In this document: positions 27,600 through 40,024 of the stretch, in pieces
Numbering within the stretch: the stretch's first letter is position 1
Layout: each line of letters begins with the position of its first letter
Source of the DNA: Octopus vulgaris
Taxonomy: Eukaryota
Assembly (NCBI GenBank): GCA_951406725.2
Contig: OX597821.1
Coordinates: 61,628,001 to 61,692,000 of the forward strand
DNA: 64,000 nt
Direction: 5' to 3'
Notes under the pieces: generated by a model
What the model was told of the DNA's origin: nothing
Database searches by the model: none
Seen by the model: the letters and a program-made list of their open reading frames with translations, nothing else
Position numbers and translations under genes: made by a program

Positions 27600-29035
27600 A
27601 GTAACTAGGAGGAATGGATTCCCAATCCTTTCGCTCCGAAGGGTATGTGCCTCTGAGGTATGTGGCACAGCAATGGTTGGAATGGTAGTGAGTGGTGTAA
27701 TGAGCAGGTAAGTGATCCGTTGGCAGAGAAGAAAAGGGCCTTTGAAGAGTTGTTGCAGAAAAGAGATGGGGAGGTTTATGATCGCTACAGAGAAGGGAAG
27801 ATGAGTGCAAAGAGAGTGTTGATGGTGGCGAAATGGGAGGCGAGTAAAAGATTCGGAGAAAAGTTGAGTGAAAATATTGTAAGAAATAAAAATGATGTTT
27901 AGAAAAGAGGTACAAAGGGTAAGAAAGGTGGTTGGAAGATGGGAAGAATGGGTGAAAGTTGTAAATAGAGATTTGTTTCAAGGAAGTAAGGATGTTCAAA
28001 GGAAATATGCAGAGTATTTTAATGAGCTGTTAAATGTGGAGGTTGTTAGGTATGCAAGTGTAGAAGGCGCCAAGTAGAGATGAGTGTACACTGGAATGCC
28101 TAAAGAAATGAGCAGTTACAGTGATTGAATGTTTGATGAGGTTTATGGATGTTTGCTATATGATTGGAAGAGGACTGGTGCAGTGCGTGTATAGTGCCAC
28201 TGTACAAGGGAATAACTGTGAGTGTGGAAATTTTAGGAGTATATGTCTGTTGTGAGTGGTTGGTAAATTGTATAGGAGGATTCTGATTGTAAGTGTAAGG
28301 AACCGGACAGAGAGTGTACTTGAGGAGGAGCAGTGCGGTCTTAGGAGTGGAAGGGAGTATGCAGATCAAATATTTGTAGTAAGGTAGATATGTAGAAAGT
28401 TTTTGGCAAAAGGAGGGAGGTGTATTGGACCTTTATGGACCTAGAGAATGTATATGACCGTGTAGATAGAGATGCAATGTGGCAGGTATTGCGGTTGTAT
28501 GGAGTAGATGGTAGATTGTTGAGAGCTGTAGAGAGTTTTTGATATAGAAAGTAGGGCGTGCGATAGGGTGGGTGGTGAAGTAAGTGAGTGGTTTGATGTG
28601 AAGGTAAGGTTTAAACAGTGTTGTGTGATGTCTCCATGGCTGTTTAATTTATGTATGTACGGTGTTTTGAGAGAGGTAAATGCTAGAACCTTCGATAGGT
28701 GGATAGTGGGAGAAAATGGAGAGAAATGGCAGGTGATTCAGTTGTTGTTTGCTGATGATATGCAGCACTGGTGGTGGATTCAGAAGAGCAACTGAGGAGA
28801 TGGTGGTAGGGTGTGGAAGAGTGTATGAAAGGAGGAAACTGAAAGTGAATGTAACTAAGAGTAATGTGATGAGATGGAATGGCTGGTAGGATGTATAAAT
28901 GGTGAAATGTTAGAGGAATTGAGTGTTCTTAAGTATCTGGTATCACATGTGACGGCGGATAGGGGCTTTGGCTGAGGAAATAGGATATAAAGTGAAGGAG
29001 GTGAGTAAGATACTTAGAGTTGTGAAAGATATGCT
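27600..29035 (+). mobile_element. Decayed RTE-clade LINE RT region (different family from 31.4 kb)
   Basis: EDWCSACIVPLYKG, EEQCGLRSGR, FMDLENVYDRVDR, KQCCVMSPWLFN, QLLFADD in broken frames; G-rich plus strand. Confidence 0.9.
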
Positions 29036-29039
29036 GAGA

Positions 29040-29275
29040 GATACCCTTATATGTATACAATTCTGCCTAAATTATGGAACTGAAGATACAATATCCCTGC
29101 ATATCTCCCGTCTATTTTCATTCCTCCACTTCACTCTGTATTCCATATCTTATCTAGAATAACTATTGCTTAACCATCTTCTAACACCGTCTCCGATGAA
29201 GGGATATATAAAATATTCTGGAAACAGCTGGAAGATCTTTTATTTATAAATGTTCTGAAATCTTTCACAGCTAAT
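29040..29275 (+). mobile_element. PLE-type terminal fragment with degenerate hammerhead (29189-29236)
   Basis: tct-CCGATGA-agggatat..atattct-g-GAAAC-agct-GGA-aga; core and cleavage triplet each carry one substitution. Confidence 0.55.
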
Positions 29276-29284
29276 TTATATATT

Positions 29285-29615
<331 letters not shown>

Positions 29616-30194
29616 TTATTTACTTTGTCATGAAGCAAATACACCATTTGCCGCTACTATTCTAATGAATCATATAAGATTCAAGGTAAAATATATGTTG
29701 AATTAGATGTAATGGCCGCCGCTCGCTCCTTTACAGCTAGAGATATGATCAACACTATCTCTGGAGTCTTTATATATTAATATAAAGAGTATCATAAGTA
29801 TCTTGAAAGGCTCGTTCAAACTGCAGCCATATTATTCATAATGGCTGAAATAGATAGCGCCTCTGCTTGTCACAGAAGTATAAATTGTAAACTAAGCGAT
29901 TTATTACAACTCAATGCCTTAAGCTCCTATTGTCATATGAATAATTTCCACAGGAAAAAAGTAATTGATCACATAGTAATTGCCGACTACGCATCCAGAT
30001 GGTGTTGTAATTGGCAATTAAGGCATGCTAAAATTAATTAATTATTGACTAAACTCTAATCACTTGATAAATCCCAATCACAACTTAACATGAACAATTA
30101 CTACAAAACTTAACTGTAAATCGGAAGATTATTATTCAATCTATATTTTCTTTATGTATCAACAACCTCCCAAATCCACAATATAAATCCAGAC

Positions 30195-30556
30195 AAAGTC
30201 GGCGAGCTGGCAGAAACGTTAGCACGCCGGGCGAAATGCTTTGCGGTATTTCGTCTCTGGTTACATTCTGAGTTCAAATGCCGCCGAGGTCGACTTTGCC
30301 TTTCATCCTTTCGGGGTCCATAAATTAAGTACCAGTTACGCGCTGGGGTCGATGTAATCGACTTAATACTTATGTCTGTCCTTGTTTATCTCCTCTATGT
30401 TTGGCCCCTTGTGGATAGTAAAGAAATAGGTATTTGGCCCGTCGCTACATTCTACCGAGGTCGACTTTGTCTTTCAACCTTTCTGGGTCGAAAAATTAAG
30501 TACCAGTTTCGTACCCACCTCCCCCAAAATTTCGGGCCTTGTGCCTAGAGTAGAAA
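30195..30556 (+). mobile_element. SINE family A with internal duplication and 17-bp TSD
   Basis: A-box-like GAGCTGGCAGAAACG and B-box GAGTTCAAAT; core repeated twice; flanked by ACAATATAAATCCAGAC (30178-30194) and ACAATATAAATCTAGAC (30557-30573). Confidence 0.9.
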
Positions 30557-31139
30557 ACAATATAAATCTAGACGCTTGTCTTCTCCTATCTACCCTATAC
30601 TAATACATTATATTGTGTAAAAATACACGGCGGAGAGCAATTGGTTGTAAACGAGAAAAGTGGTGAATAATAATAAAGCTCCTGTTACTGAGGGAAATAA
30701 TTTACAATATCACTATAAGAGGCAAATTCACCGAAAGGCATCTTCACACAGGCATCTGCGAATCTCATTTCACTAAATGCATCCGTCTGATGAATGTATT
30801 TGCCGGCCCAATATATTCACTTATTTTTGGCTACTGAATCCTCGTAAAATAAAACTGCGCTTGCGCGGTGGATTTGGAAAATATAATGTATAAGCAAGAG
30901 GCACATGCTTGATTTGCGTCGTACTTATGTGTTTAATCTGGGCGTACCTGTTGATGAAAACTTCGCCTAGCAAATTATTTTATTTCTAAAAAAAGTCAGA
31001 AACCATGGTCCAGAAAATAGATGGTAAATGTTTTAATGTTTCATTCCATTCATGTTTTTAACCCTAATAATGGTTTGGACTTTAGCTGTTCCTTCTATCG
31101 TGAGAGGAATCCTTTGAAGGATACCACTTATGTGTTTAA

Positions 31140-31175
<36 letters not shown>

Positions 31176-31424
31176 CAAAGGAATTCCAACTCTGTTTTTT
31201 GTGTGTTTTATTTATATTCTTTATAATATTAATGTAGAATATAGAATATATAGTATAAATAATATATATATAGTAAAATGAAATGAAGTATTAATTGTCT
31301 TATTGAATAGATGAAATATTGAATATCAAATATTAAGGTAGTAGTATACTTTCTTTCATTTAAGCAGTCTTCGAAGTCCCAGGTTCTGACAGTAATGTTT
31401 ATATATATATATATATATATATAT

Positions 31425-34223
31425 ATTTTAACGCTCGCGTGGGATCTGACCATGATTCGTGGCCCATTTGTGTTGGACACTTTGGTATTGGCAACATGAA
31501 TGACAATGGTCAGAGACTACTCGAATTCTGCACATACCACAACCTGTGCATCACAAACACATTCTTTACCAGCAAGCCATCCCACAAGGCATCCTGGAGA
31601 CATCCAAGATCTCACCACTGGCATCAGCTGGATCTCATCATTACACGGAGATCCTTTCTGAGTTCCACTCTATTGACCCGCAGTTACCACAGTGCGGATT
31701 GTGACACAGACCACTCACTAATTAGAAGCAGGGTGAGGATTCTCCCTAAAAAAGTCCATCGCTCCAAGAAAGTGGGCCGACCACGCATCAACACCGCCAG
31801 AACCTCGGACCCTACACTGCGAAAATGTTTTGCTGCTTCTATCAAGGTTGCCCTCAGTAGCTGCCCAACCTCCTCTGCTGAAAGTAGGTGGGACTATATC
31901 AGGGAAGCCTTGTATACGACATCATTGGATACTTTCGGCATGAGAGAAAGGCAAAACCCAGATTGGTTCAATGCTGGGCTCTCAGAGCTGGAGCCAGTTA
32001 TCGAAGCAAAGCGTGCAGCTCTGGTGCAATACAAGAGTGACTCTTCTACAAAGTCACTCGAAGAACTCAGAAAGGCACGAAATAAAACCCAACTGACAGC
32101 CAGATGCTGTGCAAATAGGTATTGGCAGGAAATCTGTCAGAGTATCCAGTCAGCTGCTGACAGGGGCGACACCCGTGGGATGTATGCTGGTTTGAAGAAG
32201 GCCCTCGGTCCATCCGCAACCAAGTCAGCCCCTCTGAAATCAACTACTGGAGATCTCATCAGGGATCAAGGCAAGCAAATGGATAGATGGGTGGAGCACT
32301 ACCAGGATCTCTACTCACGGGAGACCACAGTGGCTGAGGCTGCAGTCGAGAGTGTCAAGATCTTGCCAGTCATGTGCGAACTTGACAGTCCGCCATCTAT
32401 AGCAGAGCTCACCAAGGCTGTTGACTCCCTAGCAAGAAATAAGGCTCCGGGAAAAGACGGCATCCCCTCAGAGATCATCAAAGCCGGCAAAAACACCATC
32501 CTGCTTCGGCACCTTCATGAGCTTCTGTGTCAGTGCTGGGAAGAGGGTACAGTCCCTCAGGATATGCGGGATGCCAACATCATTACGCTCTACAAAAACA
32601 AAGGTGACCGTGGTGATTGTAACAATTACCGTGGTATATCCCTTCTAAGCACTGTTGGAAAGACCTTTGCCCGCGTTATCCTGGCCAGGCTACAACTACT
32701 TGCTTCTCGAATCTATCCGGAATCGCAGTGTGGCTTTAGAAGAAGCAGATCAACTATCGATATGATATTCTCCATACGCCAACTTCAGGAGAAGTCCAGA
32801 GAGCAGAAAATGCCATTATATATGGCCTTCATTGATCTAACAAAGGCTTTTGACTCAGTAAGCAGAACAGGCCTCTTCCTCATGCTCCAAAAAATCCGAT
32901 GTCCACCAAAGCTGCTGAGGATCATCAAGTCTTTCCATGATGACATGCAAGGCACCCTACAGCACAACGGTTCAACATCAGCCGCCTTCCAAATAAAAAA
33001 CGGGGTAAAGCAAGGCTGTGTCCTCGCTCCTACATTGTTTGGCATCTTCTTCTCAATCTTGCTGTCACATGCCTTTCAGACATCAGATGATGGAGTGTTT
33101 CTGCACAGTAGAAGTGACGGGAAACTGTTCAATCTCTCGCGCCTGCGTGCCAAGACCAAAATCAGAAACGTCCTGATCAAGGAGATGTTATTTGCTGATG
33201 ATGCCGCTCTGGTAACACACACAGAAGAAGCCCTCCAAAGGCTCATTAACTGTTTTGAGCAAGCATGTAACGACTTTGGCTTAGCTATCAGCCTTAAGAA
33301 GACCAACATCATGGGCCAGGCTACATCGGACATCCCAAACATACTAATTGGAGACCACAGAATACAAGAGGTGGAGAAGTTTACCTATCTGGGCTCTACC
33401 GTCACCTACAACCTATCCCTTGACGCTGAGCTCAATATACGCATTGGCAAGGCAGCTGCTGCGATGGCCCAACTCTCCAAACGGGCTTGGGACAACAATA
33501 AGCTGACCAAGACCACAAAAATGAAGATCTACCAGGCATGTGTACTCAGCACTCTACTGTATGGAAGCGAGACCTGGACGCTATACACACGCCAAGAGCG
33601 TCGCCTAAACATCTTTCACCTGCGCTGCCTCCGAAAAATCCTCCACATCAAATGGCAGAATCATATCCCCAACAAAGATGTCCTCAGGCAAGCAGGAATA
33701 CCAAGCATGTTTGCACTCCTCACACAAAGACGTATGAGATGGCTTGGGCATGTTAGCCGTATGAAAGATGGCAGAATCCCCAAGGACATACTCTACGGAG
33801 AGCTTGCTAGGGGTACTAGGTCTGTGGGTAGACCGATCTTACGTTACAAGGATGTCTGCAAAAGGGATATGAAGGCCTGCAACATCAACATTAGCGGTTG
33901 GGAATCAGTCGCCGGCAACCGTGGAGAATGGCGACGTACAGTAAAAGAGGGTATACAGAGGAGTGACAGAAAGAGAGAGGAGAAATGGAAAGAAAGGAAG
34001 AGACGTAAACAAGAGACCATGGCACTACAACCAGCCAGGAACAGTCTTCGCTACATTTGTAGTACCTGCCAGAGGGAGTGTTTGTCCAGGATAGGACTAC
34101 ACAGCCACAGCAAGAAATGTAACAGGAAATAAAATATAACAGCCGGACTAGACCTAGAAAAAAAAAAAAAGCGCAACTCCATTGTCTCCCGAGACAGAAA
34201 GGATGCCAAACTCCAAACTCCAA
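31425..34223 (+). mobile_element. Young 5'-truncated RTE-clade LINE inserted in (TA)n
   Basis: Starts abruptly at FNARVG; short 3' UTR with hairpin TGTCTC-cc-GAGACA and a tandem CCAAACT tail; (TA)n on both sides. Confidence 0.97.
31427..34132 (+). CDS. RTE LINE ORF: partial AP endonuclease, reverse transcriptase and C-terminal Cys/His motif (no true start codon)
   Basis: About 900 open codons: FNARVG, LCITNTFF, DCDTDHSL, KAPGKDGIP, NYRGISLL, QCGFR, FIDLTKAFD, GVKQGCVLAP, LFADD, FTYLGS, CSTCQRECLSRIGLHSH. Confidence 0.95.
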   Translation, partial: FNARVGSDHDSWPICVGHFGIGNMNDNGQRLLEFCTYHNLCITNTFFTSKPSHKASWRHPRSHHWHQLDLIITRRSFLSSTLLTRSYHSADCDTDHSLIRSRVRILPKKVHRSKKVGRPRINTARTSDPTLRKCFAASIKVALSSCPTSSAESRWDYIREALYTTSLDTFGMRERQNPDWFNAGLSELEPVIEAKRAALVQYKSDSSTKSLEELRKARNKTQLTARCCANRYWQEICQSIQSAADRGDTRGMYAGLKKALGPSATKSAPLKSTTGDLIRDQGKQMDRWVEHYQDLYSRETTVAEAAVESVKILPVMCELDSPPSIAELTKAVDSLARNKAPGKDGIPSEIIKAGKNTILLRHLHELLCQCWEEGTVPQDMRDANIITLYKNKGDRGDCNNYRGISLLSTVGKTFARVILARLQLLASRIYPESQCGFRRSRSTIDMIFSIRQLQEKSREQKMPLYMAFIDLTKAFDSVSRTGLFLMLQKIRCPPKLLRIIKSFHDDMQGTLQHNGSTSAAFQIKNGVKQGCVLAPTLFGIFFSILLSHAFQTSDDGVFLHSRSDGKLFNLSRLRAKTKIRNVLIKEMLFADDAALVTHTEEALQRLINCFEQACNDFGLAISLKKTNIMGQATSDIPNILIGDHRIQEVEKFTYLGSTVTYNLSLDAELNIRIGKAAAAMAQLSKRAWDNNKLTKTTKMKIYQACVLSTLLYGSETWTLYTRQERRLNIFHLRCLRKILHIKWQNHIPNKDVLRQAGIPSMFALLTQRRMRWLGHVSRMKDGRIPKDILYGELARGTRSVGRPILRYKDVCKRDMKACNINISGWESVAGNRGEWRRTVKEGIQRSDRKREEKWKERKRRKQETMALQPARNSLRYICSTCQRECLSRIGLHSHSKKCNRK

Positions 34224-34585
34224 TATATATATGCAAATACGTAACACAGATGTCCAGGTATCAATGCATTTGTTATTTATTTGCATGTTGTTCACCTAAC
34301 TTCGAATTGCACGGGTTATACCGAACTGGCTTGGTGCCTCACTTTAAGTACCTAATTCCACCGAATCTTAATTATATAGCAGAGCGAGTAGCCACGTCAA
34401 ATTGACAGGAGAATGTTACTACTAGTTTAACCCCAGGCAGTTTCTCCGCCGGCTGGTTTCCGATGCAACGTTCTGCATCCGTCAGGAATCTAGCTGGCGG
34501 AGAATCTAGCTGGCGGAGAATCTTTTTAGTAAACGTTACTACTCTATCACGTCTTGAGATTTTAGGAGTAGCTACTTTGCTTAAT

Positions 34586-34634
<49 letters not shown>

Positions 34635-35241
34635 GTGTGTGTGTGTCTGCGAATCTCTCTTTCTCTCTGTATATATTCTTTTGTTCCTTTACTTTTTTCA
34701 GTCATATATATATAAATTTGTAAGCTAAGCTGAAGGCGGTAAATTACGGAGAAGAGCGACATACATAGGTCCTTTGTAATAACTAGAATTATATATTTAT
34801 ATTAATTAGATATGTTCCAGTTAAAGCGACTAAACCTAAATAATTTGCTGAAAAAAGATGGCACAAACCACTAGAAATTGAACATGACATCAATGCTTAC
34901 ACGGCTCCGTACGCATGCAATACAGCAACATTGCCCACCCATTTATTTCACCCAATTTTAATATATATATTTATAAATTTGTAAATAAACCCGAAGGCTG
35001 TAAATTACGGAGAGGTGCGACACTCATAAGTCTTTTTCACTCTTCTGCGTAAGTTACCGCCTACAGGTTTGCTTACAAAATTGTTAATATATATACAAGA
35101 CTAAAATTATCTATACATTAAAATTGGCTGCAAGTGATGAGTGGGCAATTGGCTAACTCAGGTTCGCATGTTAATATTGATGTCGTGTTTATTTCCCAGT
35201 GGTTCGGCCCATCTTTTGTCACTGAATTGTTTAGGGTTAGT

Positions 35242-35657
35242 GGATCTTTTCGGTTTGAACGGCAGTTTTTCTAGCGGTGTCATGAAATTGTCACCCATAA
35301 TTATGACCCTAGTATCGATCTATTGCATTTCAGTCTGTTTTAGGGTTAGGGTTAGGGGTGGGGGGAAGGGTATCTTTTTTTTCTTCACAAATGTAAATAA
35401 ACCCAATCTGTTTCTTAAACGAGGGACATATTCACACGGCACAGAATGTTTTCACCTCAATTTCACGTCATTGATTGATTGAAAATGCAGAAATTGAAGA
35501 AAAGAAAACAACAAATATCTTACAAACTATAGAATGTTCTCAATAAAGCCAAGAGAAAAAGATGTTTTATAAACACATTCTACCAGTATACAAAGTTTAA
35601 AATTTTTTAGTTACCTAGAAATTATGTTAAAAACTGCCGTTCAAACCGAAAAGATCC
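35242..35657. mobile_element. MITE with 29-bp perfect TIRs and 8-bp TSD (Merlin-like)
   Basis: GGATCTTTTCGGTTTGAACGGCAGTTTTT and its reverse complement; flanks GGGTTAGT / GGTTTAGT. GG termini plus 8-bp TSD fit Merlin/IS1016 (inference). Confidence 0.85.
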
Positions 35658-36932
35658 GGTTTAGTTGCTATAGATGAAGCATGTATTATATATATATAAT
35701 ATATAATTAACGGTATTACATTCAGTGGACTGAACCCCGAACCACTCCTGCGCTTATTCACACACACACGCACACATATTTGCAAACACAGACTGACAAA
35801 GAGAACGAGGTGGACAGACACCCGCACGTAAACACACATACACACATATAAGCGTACTCATTGTTACATTTATACCTATTAATGTAGAACAACCTTAACA
35901 AATGACTGAACCCATAGATTCTGAGTAAGCAGAGCGACTCCATTTTTGTTTAGAGTCTATGAGTGCTACGCACTAACGTGTTTCTGTCAACGTTTACAAC
36001 TTGGGAGTAGTCGATTCTGAGCAATGACTAACAGACAATTGCTAGTAATTCTCATTCTCCCCGCCGCAAACCTCCACAGTATCACAATACTAACAGCTGT
36101 TTGGATATTGTTACCATTACAGTAAACAATACCATCCGCATCCCTGGTGTTTACATCAAACTGTTAACTTTCAGCGATGGAATTTAAACAATAATAGCAC
36201 TAATTTATCTCAGTTATCTCTAATTACTAGCCTTGGAGAGATTATAATCTGTGACTAACATGACAATCCCCCGTAGACTAAAGTACTGCAGCAAAACAAT
36301 CACATACTTCTGACTCAGATCCGATGAAAATGATGCTGGCAACATCTCTTTCATGTTATGTGTTGCATTTTCCCAGTAATCTTTCTTCATTCTCCTTGAT
36401 TCTCTGCTCATTTTTCAATGTCTTATTTACCTAATCCTCTATCATGTTTTCCGCGTTCTTCTTAGTGATTATACAATTAGCGAAGAAAGGGAAGAAACGA
36501 TCAAACATTTATTCATTTATTAATGTAAATTGATAGTTGTCTCTGCACCAAAATGCATTTAATATGTTTCAGACTTCACTGTTTTTGGTTTTATTACAGC
36601 TGTTCTTTATAAATGTTCTTGATGAAATATTATGCTTGTTTTCCATTTGAGAATTTTGCTTGAAAACATAAATTTCAAAAGATTTCTAATTAAATAATTA
36701 CTTTGAGATATCAGTGCAATATTTCACGGTATAAACGGCTTAAAATACAAAGAAATAAGCATCAACACACGGGATACATCAATAACAGTACTAGAAAATC
36801 AGTAGATGGATAATTATACCCAATAAAAACAGTTGCTTTTTTATACTTTTGTTTACTTATTTTCTGCGTCATTTAGGGTTAGGGTTTGAAATAGATATCT
36901 AAAATATTTAAAAGCGGATTTGTTAGCGCACT

Positions 36933-37059
36933 TTTCTTCTTCTTCTTCTTCTTCTTCTTCTTCTTCTTCTTCTTCTTCTTCTTCTTCTTCTTCTTCTTCT
37001 TCTTCTTCTTCTTCTTCTTCTTCTTCTTCTTCTTCTTCTTCTTCTTCTTCTTCTTCTTC
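36933..37059. repeat. Perfect (TTC)n, about 42 units
   Basis: Direct reading; explains the poly-K/S/R ORFs. Confidence 0.98.
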
Positions 37060-37832
37060 TCCGAAGCCATGTGTTTACGGGTTCAAAGCAAACCAGGAAT
37101 TGTCTTCTAGTTTCGTGTCGGTTTAATAAAATATAATGCATAAAATTTGGTAAACGACAACTATTAAGGAAATTAAAAAATTGTATTTCAGTACAGCAGA
37201 AGTTTGTTTTGTAAAGAGATTTGTTTTGTTGTTTCAAGTTCTATTTCTGAAATTCTTTTGATTTGTTTTGTGATAGTTTGTCTTCAACAGAATGTAATCA
37301 TTAGTTGGCAGTCCGAAGAATGTGGTAATTCTTCGGATTGTGTATAACGCTTACAGCGTAGTTATGGTTTGCGGAATATTTCATTAATTACCTGATTGGT
37401 TCCGAACGTATATGAAACAGTTAGAGTTGAAGTTGTGCTACATGATGAGAAAGAGATAGTTACTATATACAGAAGATAGCTAAGCATCACGGTGGTGGTG
37501 AACCTCACATAACCAATTTAACATGAGGCAGAAGCATTAAGAACACGATGGCAGCTCTGTAGGACGTGAGGAGGAACGTTAACAATATATACGGGTGCTT
37601 TTGCGTGTATCGATTTCGCAAGGGGCAATGCTGGAAATACTGAAAAGAAGCCAAAGATTTGCGCAGAATCCAATTCTCTGCACATTAGGCAGAAAATTAC
37701 AGTTCTTTGAACAAAAACGAGGATGAATCTTGAAATATCTCCATGAAATATTTTGGCCAATGCAAAAAGACGCCTCTGATATCGTAGAGGGAGCGAAATA
37801 TTAAGATTCAATCAAACCTCAACAATATATAT

Positions 37833-38382
37833 AGGCATGTCTGTGTAGTAAGAAGCCTGGTTCCCAACTACATGGTTCTATGTTCAGTTCCACTCCATGG
37901 CGCCTTGGACAAGTGTTTTCTACTATAGCCTAGGGCCTACCAAAGCAATGTGATTAGATTTGACATACGTAAACTGAAAGAAGACCGTTGTGTATGTATA
38001 TACATATTTATGTGTGTGCGTGTGTCTTTGTAGCTATGCTTGTCATATTTTTTCTCTCCTTGTTTCTGTCCTTGTTTTTTCTGTGTCCCTTTCTGTAGAA
38101 GAGCGTAGGCTCGAAACGTAAAAGACTTTTTCTATTCCTGAGCGTTATACTAATACATCTGTTTGTTTTGTACACCACCTGTCTTCGTCCTTTTTTCTTT
38201 TTTTCGTAAACTCCTACTACTACCATCCCTTCATAAACAATAGTTTCTGTCCCTGGAAAGTAGCCGATAGAATAATTAACACGCTTACAAAGAATGAGTC
38301 CTGGGGTAGAAGTTTTGGACTAAAACACTTTAAGGCGGTGCTTCAGCATGGCCGCAGTCAAGTAACTGAAGCGTATGAAAGA
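37833..38382 (+). mobile_element. Diverged SINE family B interrupted by a PLE-type terminus
   Basis: Head TGTCTGTGTAGTAAG..GTTCAGTTCC..CCTTGGACAAGTG at 37833-37990; 3' half AAGGCGGTGCTTCAGCATGGCCGCAGTC at 38225-38382. Confidence 0.75.
38040..38215 (+). mobile_element. PLE-type terminal repeat with minimal hammerhead variant (38089-38124)
   Basis: cttt-CTGTAGA-a-GAGC-gtag-GCTC-GAAAC-GTA-aaag; same layout as at 48883 and 62150. Confidence 0.6.
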
Positions 38383-38391
38383 CATACGTAT

Positions 38392-38560
38392 ATAGGTGAG
38401 GGCATTAAAAAGTTCCTGGCCTTGGGTAAAAAAAATATCGAGGGATCAGTTAATTACGATTTTATTTAACGTATTCCCCACTCAGATTCACACACTTATT
38501 GCAGCGGTACTAGGACTTTTGTAAGCCCCATAAAAGAACTCAGAAAGTTGGGCCTCCAAG
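38392..38560. mobile_element. Probable mariner terminal fragment
   Basis: GAGGGCATTAAAAAGTTCCTGG TIR-like start followed by CACACACTTATTGCAGCGG; no partner TIR found. Confidence 0.4.
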
Positions 38561-38631
38561 CCTTTAATGTTAACCATAAAACTTGAGAATACCCCATCGT
38601 ATATTTCTTTATATTTATGAAGTTTCAAATG

Positions 38632-38707
<76 letters not shown>

Positions 38708-38709
38708 CC

Positions 38710-38740
<31 letters not shown>

Positions 38741-38742
38741 CT

Positions 38743-39975
38743 CAGCTCGTCTCCATGACCGACCTGCAGTCGTGGATCAAAAAGAGGCCGACGAAGGGCG
38801 AATGGCACCGCGAGTGTCGCGTTGCTCTCAAGCAACTCTGCCGTCCTGGGTTGACCTTGAGTGACTTCATCACAACCAAAGCATTCTATAGGGGATTAGT
38901 GGAGGGGAGGTACGACGACGAGCTCGGGGCGAGCCTGGACGTCAACGAGGAGTACCTGACCCGCCTGTTCGGGACGACTTTCGGGCCAGGGCCCATGGAC
39001 AACTTCCAGAGATCTCTGGCCTGGCAGTGCTACCGAGAAGCGCTACCCGTTCGGGATAAGCTCTACAGACACGGCTCGAGAAACACGGGGCCGACCTGCC
39101 CGAGATGCGGTCAGAGCGACGAAACCGTTCTGCACGCACTCGTGCAGTGTCCAACAATTTCCGACCTGTGGGCTTATGTCGAACAACTGCTGTCACGTGT
39201 AGGACGAGTCGGTTTATCAGCTGAGTCTATCGTCAATATTGTCACGCCTCCTTCCTTCAAACGGGAAGGAAGAGCTATTTTCATCATCCTTGTGGCTATG
39301 GCGAAAGAATGTATCTGGTGGACGCGTCTGAAAGGATTGGAGACAAACACTTTCCTCTCTGGTCAATCTCTCATCAACTTCTTCAAGTACCACTTGAAAA
39401 GGAAAGTGAGAGTAGAGAGACAAGTTTTGTCTAGCGAATGTTTAAAAAAAAGATGGGTGAATGTAGCAAGGATGGCACGTATGAATGACGAAGCCACCTT
39501 GAGCATAATCCTATGAACCCAGAAATTGAACCCAGAACAGAGGGTTACCCACTTGCAAACAAATGTGGTAACATATAACAATATTGACCAAGGTTACCGT
39601 GGTCTTTTTCGTAGGCTTTTCTTCCCACGGATAAACCTTATTTGCTTTCCCCTTTACACCATATATCATAACACTGTGATACACGATCCCTATTGATCGT
39701 TTTTTTTCCTCTTCCCCTTTTTTCCCCATTTTTCTTCTTTTTTCATTTCTCTTTTCTTTTGTTCCTTTTCCTTTTCTTCTTTTTATTTATTTATTTATTT
39801 ATTCATTTTTTTTGTTCTTCTTTTTCCCTTTTACGATCCCTTTTGATCGAAAACCTACGCCACCTTTTTTTTTGTTTCTTTTGTTTTTTGTTTTTTTTTC
39901 ATCCCCCAAAAGAAAAGCTCTACCTTGTAACTTGTCCCATCTGTGTGCAGCCCTGTGTGGCCAATAAAGAAACTC
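38743..39975 (+). mobile_element. 5'-truncated Tx1/L1-like LINE 3' end inserted in (ATCT)n
   Basis: Open frame to 39516 with zf-RVT-type LAWQCYREALPVRDKL..CPRCGQSDETVLHALVQCP; T-rich 3' UTR; AATAAA at 39963; (ATCT)n at 38632-38742 and 39976-40045. Confidence 0.88.

Positions 39976-40024
<49 letters not shown>

Noticed and set aside
30788-30830. CTGATGA motif (also a weak candidate near 45430)
   Set aside because: No matching stem II, GAAA and NUH arrangement.
37309-37340. Isolated 13-bp hairpin CAGTCCGAAGAAT/ATTCTTCGGATTG
   Set aside because: Single short hairpin with no supporting context.
38617-38742. N-terminal part of the 299-aa ORF
   Set aside because: Stop-free (ATCT)n fused by chance to the truncated LINE frame; not a real start.
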